DNA from: the human T2T-CHM13v2.0 reference genome, Homo sapiens
Assembly: GCF_009914755.1 (NCBI RefSeq)
Contig: NC_060925.1
Direction: 5' to 3' (one strand)
DNA: 64,000 nucleotides
Within the stretch, counting starts at the first letter, position 1. The number at the start of each line of letters is the position of its first letter. Below, piece by piece: positions 58,001-64,000 of the stretch. Under the pieces are notes generated by a model. The model did no database searches and was not told the origin of the DNA. It worked only from the letters and a program-made list of their open reading frames with translations. The position numbers and the translations under genes are program-made.

Positions 58001-61000
58001 CTAATGGAATCAACATCGAATGAATCGAATGGAAACACCATCGAATTGAAACGAATGGATTTATCATGAAATTGAAATGGATGGACTCATCATCGAATGG
58101 ATTCGAATGGAATCATCGAATAAAATTGATTGAAATCATCATCCAATGGAATCGAATGGTATCATTGAATGGAATCGAATGGAATCATCATCAGATGGAA
58201 ATGAATGGAATCGTCATAGAATGGAATCGAATGGATTCATTGAATGGAATCAGATGGAATCATCGAATGGACTGGAATGGAATCATTGAATGGACTCGAA
58301 AGGGATCATTATTGAATGGAATTGAATGGAATCATCGAATGGTCTCGATTGGAATCATTACCAAATGGAATCGAATGGAATCACCGAATAGAATCGAATG
58401 GAACAATCATCGAATGGACTCAAATGGAATTATCCTCCAATGGAATCGAATGGAATTATCGAATGCAATCGAATGGAATTATCGAATGCAATCGAATAGA
58501 ATCATCGAAAGGACTCGAATGGAATCATCGAATGGAATGGAATGGAACAGTCAATGAACTCGAATGGAATCATCATTGAATGGAATCGAATGGAATCATC
58601 GAGTGGAATTGAATGGAATTATGATCAAATGGAATCGAATGTAATCATCATCAAATGGAATCAAAAATAACCATCATCAATTGGTATTGAATGGAATTGT
58701 CATCAAATGGAATTCAAAGGAATCATCATCTAATGGAACCGAATGGAATCCTCATTGAATGGAAATGAAAGGGGTCATCATCTAATGGAATCGCATGGAA
58801 TCATCATCAAATGGAATCGAATGGAATCATCATCAAATGGAATCTAATGGAATCATTGAACAGAATTGAATGGAATCGTCATCGAATGAATTGAATGCAA
58901 TCATCGAATGGTCTCGAATGGAATCATCTTCTAATGGAAAGGAATGGAATCATCGCATAGAATCGAATGGAATTATCATCGAATGGAATCGAATGGTATC
59001 AACACCAAACGGAAAAAAACGGAATTATCGAATGGAATCGAAGAGAATCTTCGAACGGACCCGAATGGAATCATCTAATTGAATGGAATGGAATAATCCA
59101 TGGACTCGAATGCAATCATCATCGAATGGAATCGAATGGAATCATCGAATGGACTCGAATGGAATAATCATTGAACGGAATCGAATGGAATCATCATCAG
59201 ATGGAAACGAATGGAATCATCATCGAATGGAAATGAAAGGAGTCATCATCTAATGGAATTGCATGGAATCATCATAAAATGGAATCGAATGGAATCAACA
59301 TCAAATGGAATCAAATGGAATCATTGAACGGAATTGAATGGAATCGTCATCGAATGAATTGACTGCAATCATCGAATGGTCTCGAATGGAATCATCTTCA
59401 AATGGAATGGAATGGAATCATCGCATAGAATCGAATGGAATTATCATCGAATGGAATCGAATGGAATCAACATCAAACGGAAAAAAACAGAATTATCGTA
59501 TGGAATCTAAGAGAATCATCGAATGGACCCGAATGGAATCATCTAATGGAATGGAATGGAATAATCCATGGACTCGAATGCAATCATCATCGAATGGAAT
59601 CGAATGGAATCATCGAATGGACTCGAATGGAATAATCATTGAACGGAATCGAATGGAATCATCATCGGATGGAAATGAATGGAATCATCATCGAATGGAA
59701 TCGAATAGAATTATGGAATGAAATCCAGTGTGATCATCATCGAATGGACCCGAATGGAATCATCATCCAACGGAAGCTAATGGAATCAACATCGAATGAA
59801 TCGAATGGAAACACCATCGAATTGAAACGAATGGAATTATCATGAAATTGAAATGGATGGACTCATCATCGAATGGATTCGAATGGAATCATCGAATAAA
59901 ATTGATTGAAATCATCATCCAATGGAATCGAATGGTATCATTGAATGGAATCGAATGGAATCTTCATCAGATGGAAATGAATGGAATCGTCATAGAATGG
60001 AATAGAATGGATTCATTGAATGGAATCAGATGGAATCATCGAATGGACTGGAATGGAATCATTGAATGGACTCGAAAGGGATCATTATTGAATGGAATTG
60101 AATGGAATCATCGAATGGTCTCGATTGGAATCATTATCAAATGGAATCGAATGGAATCACCGAACAGAATCGAATGGAACAATCATCGAATGGACTCAAA
60201 TGGAATTATCCTCAAATGGAATCGAATGGAATTATCGAATGCAATCGAATGGAATTATCGAATGCAATCGAATAGAATCATCGAATGGACTCGAATGGAA
60301 TCATCGAATGGAATGGAATGGAACAGTCAATGAACTCGAATGGAATCATCATTGAATGGAATCGAATGGAATCATCGAGTGGAATCAAATGGAATTATGA
60401 TCAAATGGAATGGAATGTAATCATCATCAAATGGAATCAAAAATAACCATCATCAATTGGTATTGAATGGAAATGTCATCAAATGGAATTCAAAGGAATC
60501 ATCATCAAATGGAACCGAATGGAATCCTCATTGAATGGAAATGAAAGGGGTCATCATCTAATGGAATCGCATGGAATCATCATCAAATGGAATCGAATGG
60601 AATCATCATCAAATGCAATCTAATGGAATCATTGAACAGAATTGAATGGAATTGTCATCGAATGAATTGAATGCAATCATCGAATGGTCTCGAATGGAAT
60701 CATCTTCTAATGGAAAGGAATGGAATCATCGCATAGAATCGAATGGAATTATCATCGAATGGAATCGAATGGTATCAACACCAAACGGAAAAAAACGGAA
60801 TTATCGAATGGAATCGAAGAGAATCTTCGAACGGACCCGAATGGAATCATCTAATTGAATGGAATGGAATAATGCATGGACTCGAATGCAATCATCATCG
60901 AATGGAATCGAATGGAATCATCGAATGGACTCGAATGGAATAATCATTGAACGGAATCGAATGGAATCATCATCGGATGGAAACGAATGGAATCATCATC

Positions 61001-62315
61001 GAATGGAAATGAAAGGAGTCATCATCTAATGGAATTGCATGGAATCATCATAAAATGGAATCGAATGGAATCAACATCAAATGGAATCAAATGGAATCAT
61101 TGAACGGAATTGAATGGAATCGTCATCGAATGAATTGACTGCAATCATCGAATGGTCTCGAATGGAATCATCTTCAAATGGAATGGAATGGAATCATCGC
61201 ATAGAATCGAATGGAATTATCATCGAATGGAATCGAATGGAATCAACATCAAACGGAAAAAAACGGAATTATCGAATGGAATCGAAGAGAATCATCGAAT
61301 GGACCCGAATGGAATCATCTAATGGAATGGAATGGAATAATCCATGGACTCGAATGCAATCATCATCGAATGGAATCGAATGGAATCATCGAATGGACTC
61401 GAATGGAATAATCATTGAACGGAATCGAATGGAATCATCATCGGATGGAAATGAATGGAATCATCATCGAATGGAATCGAATAGAATTATGGAATGAAAT
61501 CCAGTGTGATCATCATCGAATGGACCCGAATGGAATCATCATCCAACGGAAGCTAATGGAATCAACATCGAATGAATCGAATGGAAACACCATCGAATTG
61601 AAACGAATGGAATTATCATGAAATTGAAATGGATGGACTCATCATCGAATGGATTCGAATGGAATCATCGAATAAAATTGATTGAAATCATCATCCAATG
61701 GAATCGAATGGTATCATTGAATGGAATCGAATGGAATCATCATCAGATGGAAATGAATGGAATCGTCATAGAATGGAATCGAATGGATTCATTGAATGGA
61801 ATCAGATGGAATCATCGAATGGACTGGAATGGAATCATTGAATGGACTCGAAAGGGATCATTATTGAATGGAATTGAATGGAATCATCGAATGGTCTCGA
61901 TTGGAATCATTATCAAATGGAATCGAATGGAATCACCGAATAGAATCGAATGGAACAATCATCGAATGGACTCAAATGGAATTATCCTCCAATGGAATCG
62001 AATGGAATTATCGAATGCAATCGAATGGAATTATCGAATGCAATCGAATAGAATCATCGAATGGACTCGAATGGAATCATCGAATGGAATGGAATGGAAC
62101 AGTCAATGAACTCGAATGGAATCATCATTGAATGGAATCGAATGGAATCATCGAGTGGAATCGAATGGAATTATGATCAAATGGAATGGAATGTAATCAT
62201 CATCAAATGGAATCAAAAATAACCATCATCAATTGGTATTGAATGGAATTGTCATCAAATGGAATTCAAAGGAATCATCATCAAATGGAACCGAATGGAA
62301 TCCTCATTGAATGGA

Positions 62316-62785
62316 AATGAAAGGGGTCATCATCTAATGGAATCGCATGGAATCATCATCAAATGGAATCGAATGGAATCATCATCAAATGGAATCTAAT
62401 GGAATCATTGAACAGAATTGAATGGAATCGTCATCGAATGAATTGAATGCAATCATCCAATGGTCTCGAATGGAATCGTCTTCAAATGGAATGGAATGGA
62501 ATCATCGCATAGAATCGAATGGAATTATCATCGAATGGAATCGAATGGAATCAACATCAAACGGAAAAAAACGGAATTATCGAATGGAATCGAAGAGAAT
62601 CATCGAATGGACCCGAATGGAATCATCTAATGGAATGGAATGGAATAATCCATGGACTCGAATGCAATCATCATCGAATGGAATCGAATGGAATCATCGA
62701 ATGGACTCGAATGGAATAATCATTGAACGGAATCGAATGGAATCATCATCGGATGGAAATGAATGGAATCATCATCGAATGGAAT
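62316..62785 (+). repeat. Separate A/B fusion in a 1,308-bp short unit
   Basis: Spacing 61415 to 62723 is 1,308 bp. A markers persist to ttgaatgc (about 62450) and B markers start at catccaatgg (about 62457). Confidence 0.9.
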
Positions 62786-64000
62786 CGAATAGAATTATGG
62801 AATGAAATCCAGTGTGATCATCATCGAATGGACCCGAATGGAATCATCATCCAACGGAAGCTAATGGAATCAACATCGAATGAATCAAATGGAAACACCA
62901 TCGAATTGAAACGAATGGAATTATCATGAAATTGAAATGGATGGACTCATCATCGAATGGATTCGAATGGAATCATCGAATAAAATTGATTGAAATCATC
63001 ATCGAATGGAATCCAATGGTATCATTGAATGGAATCGAATGGAATCATCATCAGATGGAAATGAATGGAATCGTCATAGAATGGAATCGAATGGATTCAT
63101 TGAATGGAATCAGATGGAATCATCGAATGGACTGGAATGGAATCATTGAATGGACTTGAAAGGGATCATGATTGAATGGAATTGAATGGAATCATCGAAT
63201 GGTCTCGATTGGAATCATTATCAAATGGAATCGAATGGAATCACCGAATAGAATCGAATGGAACAATCATCGAATGGACTCAAATGGAATTATCCTCAAA
63301 TGGAATCGAATGGAATTATCGAATGCAATCGAATGGAATTATCGATTGCAATCGAATAGAATCATCGAATGGACTCGAATGGAATCATCGAATGGAATGG
63401 AATGGAACAGTCAATGAACTCGAAAGGAATCATCATTGAATGGAATCGAATGGAATCATCGAGTGGAATCGAATGGAATTATGATCAAATGGAATCGAAT
63501 GTAATCATCATCAAATGGAATCAAAAATAACCATCATCAATTGGTATTGAATGGAATTGTCATCAAATGGAATTCAAAGGAATCACCATCAAATGGAACC
63601 GAATGGAATCCTCATTGAATGGAAATGAAAGGGGTCATCATCTAATGGAATCGCATGGAATCATCATCAAATGGAATCGAATGGAATCATCATCAAATGG
63701 AATCTAATGGAATCATTGAACAGAATTGAATGGAATCGTCATCGAATGAATTGAATGCAATCATCGAATGGTCTCGAATGGAATCATCTTCTAATGGAAA
63801 GGAATGGAATCCTCGCATAGAATCGAATGGAATTATCATCCAATGGAATCGAATGGTATCAACACCAAACGGAAAAAAACGGAATTATCGAATGGAATCG
63901 AAGAGAATCTTCGAACGGACCCGAATGGAATCATCTAATGGAATGGAATGGAATAATCCATGGACTCGAATGCAATCATCATCGAATGGAATCGAATGGA

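Larger units (their letters stand above)
37100..58300 (+). repeat. 10,858-bp higher-order tandem duplication, two copies (about 37.1-47.4 kb and 47.9-58.3 kb)
   Basis: The landmark spacing series 1308, 1776, 2446, 1776, 1776 is repeated at exactly +10,858 (39231/50089; 43453/54311), with many shared private variants. Confidence 0.95.
1..64000 (+). repeat. Human Satellite II (HSat2/HSATII) pericentromeric tandem array, 1,776-bp unit, probably the chr1q12 (D1Z1/pUC1.77-type) family
   Basis: Continuous GAATGGAATCGAATGGAATCATCATC-type 23/26-bp monomers with dense TCGA, which is diagnostic of HSat2 rather than the more purely (GGAAT)n HSat3. Landmark frames recur at 42, 1818, 3594, 5370 and onward (period 1,776; 36 landmarks up to 62723). 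There is one GAATTC per unit. The family call is certain; chr1 is inferred from the known 1.77-kb EcoRI repeat. Confidence 0.97.

Noticed and set aside
37100-58300. The 10.9-kb duplication as a pure assembly artefact
   Set aside because: The copies differ at about a dozen scattered substitutions, some matching alleles found in other units, which is more consistent with a real duplication. It cannot be fully excluded without reads.
42-63439. About 250 short + strand ORFs (MESSSNGIEWNHR-type, 60-163 aa)
   Set aside because: They are direct translations of the GGAAT/ATC monomers, overlap in several frames and have no recognisable domain. They are freely broken by stops and frameshifts between copies (for example 10441, 17552, 28699, 48651, 55487, 59080). 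Similar database hypothetical proteins are typically satellite artefacts.
1-64000. CRISPR-like or other prokaryotic repeat-spacer system
   Set aside because: There are no unique spacers, leader or cas-like genes. The intervening sequence is itself diverged monomer, repeated every 1,776 bp.
1-64000. HSat3, telomeric or alpha-satellite identity
   Set aside because: Pure GGAAT runs are only about 3-4 copies long and ATCATCGAATGG dominates. There is no TTAGGG and no 171-bp period.
1-64000. Inversion, transposon insertion or unique-sequence island
   Set aside because: I saw no CATTC-strand segment, poly-A tail, target-site duplication or Alu/L1 sequence. Every length anomaly is explained by satellite-derived sequence.

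Overview
The whole 64 kb window is one uninterrupted, single-orientation array of human Satellite II (HSat2/HSATII), with the GAATG-rich strand on +. It is built hierarchically: GGAAT pentamers form 23/26-bp monomers (GAATGGAATCGAATGGAATCATC[ATC]), which form a 1,776-bp unit containing two diverged 468-bp sub-repeats (A and B) and one EcoRI site. This matches the classical 1.77-kb chromosome 1q12 HSat2 repeat (D1Z1/pUC1.77 type); the chromosome assignment is inferred from the period. About 36 units are present. I found no credible genes, RNAs, transposons or CRISPR arrays, and all listed ORFs are translations of the satellite. I found no new gene-based system. The notable signal is the array's structural history: a near-identical 10,858-bp higher-order duplication, older 5,328-bp and 3,548-bp duplications, 468-bp deletions with two different breakpoints, apparent re-expansion of a deleted unit, a 670-bp insertion, A/B conversion tracts, and a 615-bp divergent HSat2 segment found only once in the window. 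Offsets come from the ORF-track coordinates and from reading variants by eye, so breakpoints are approximate.
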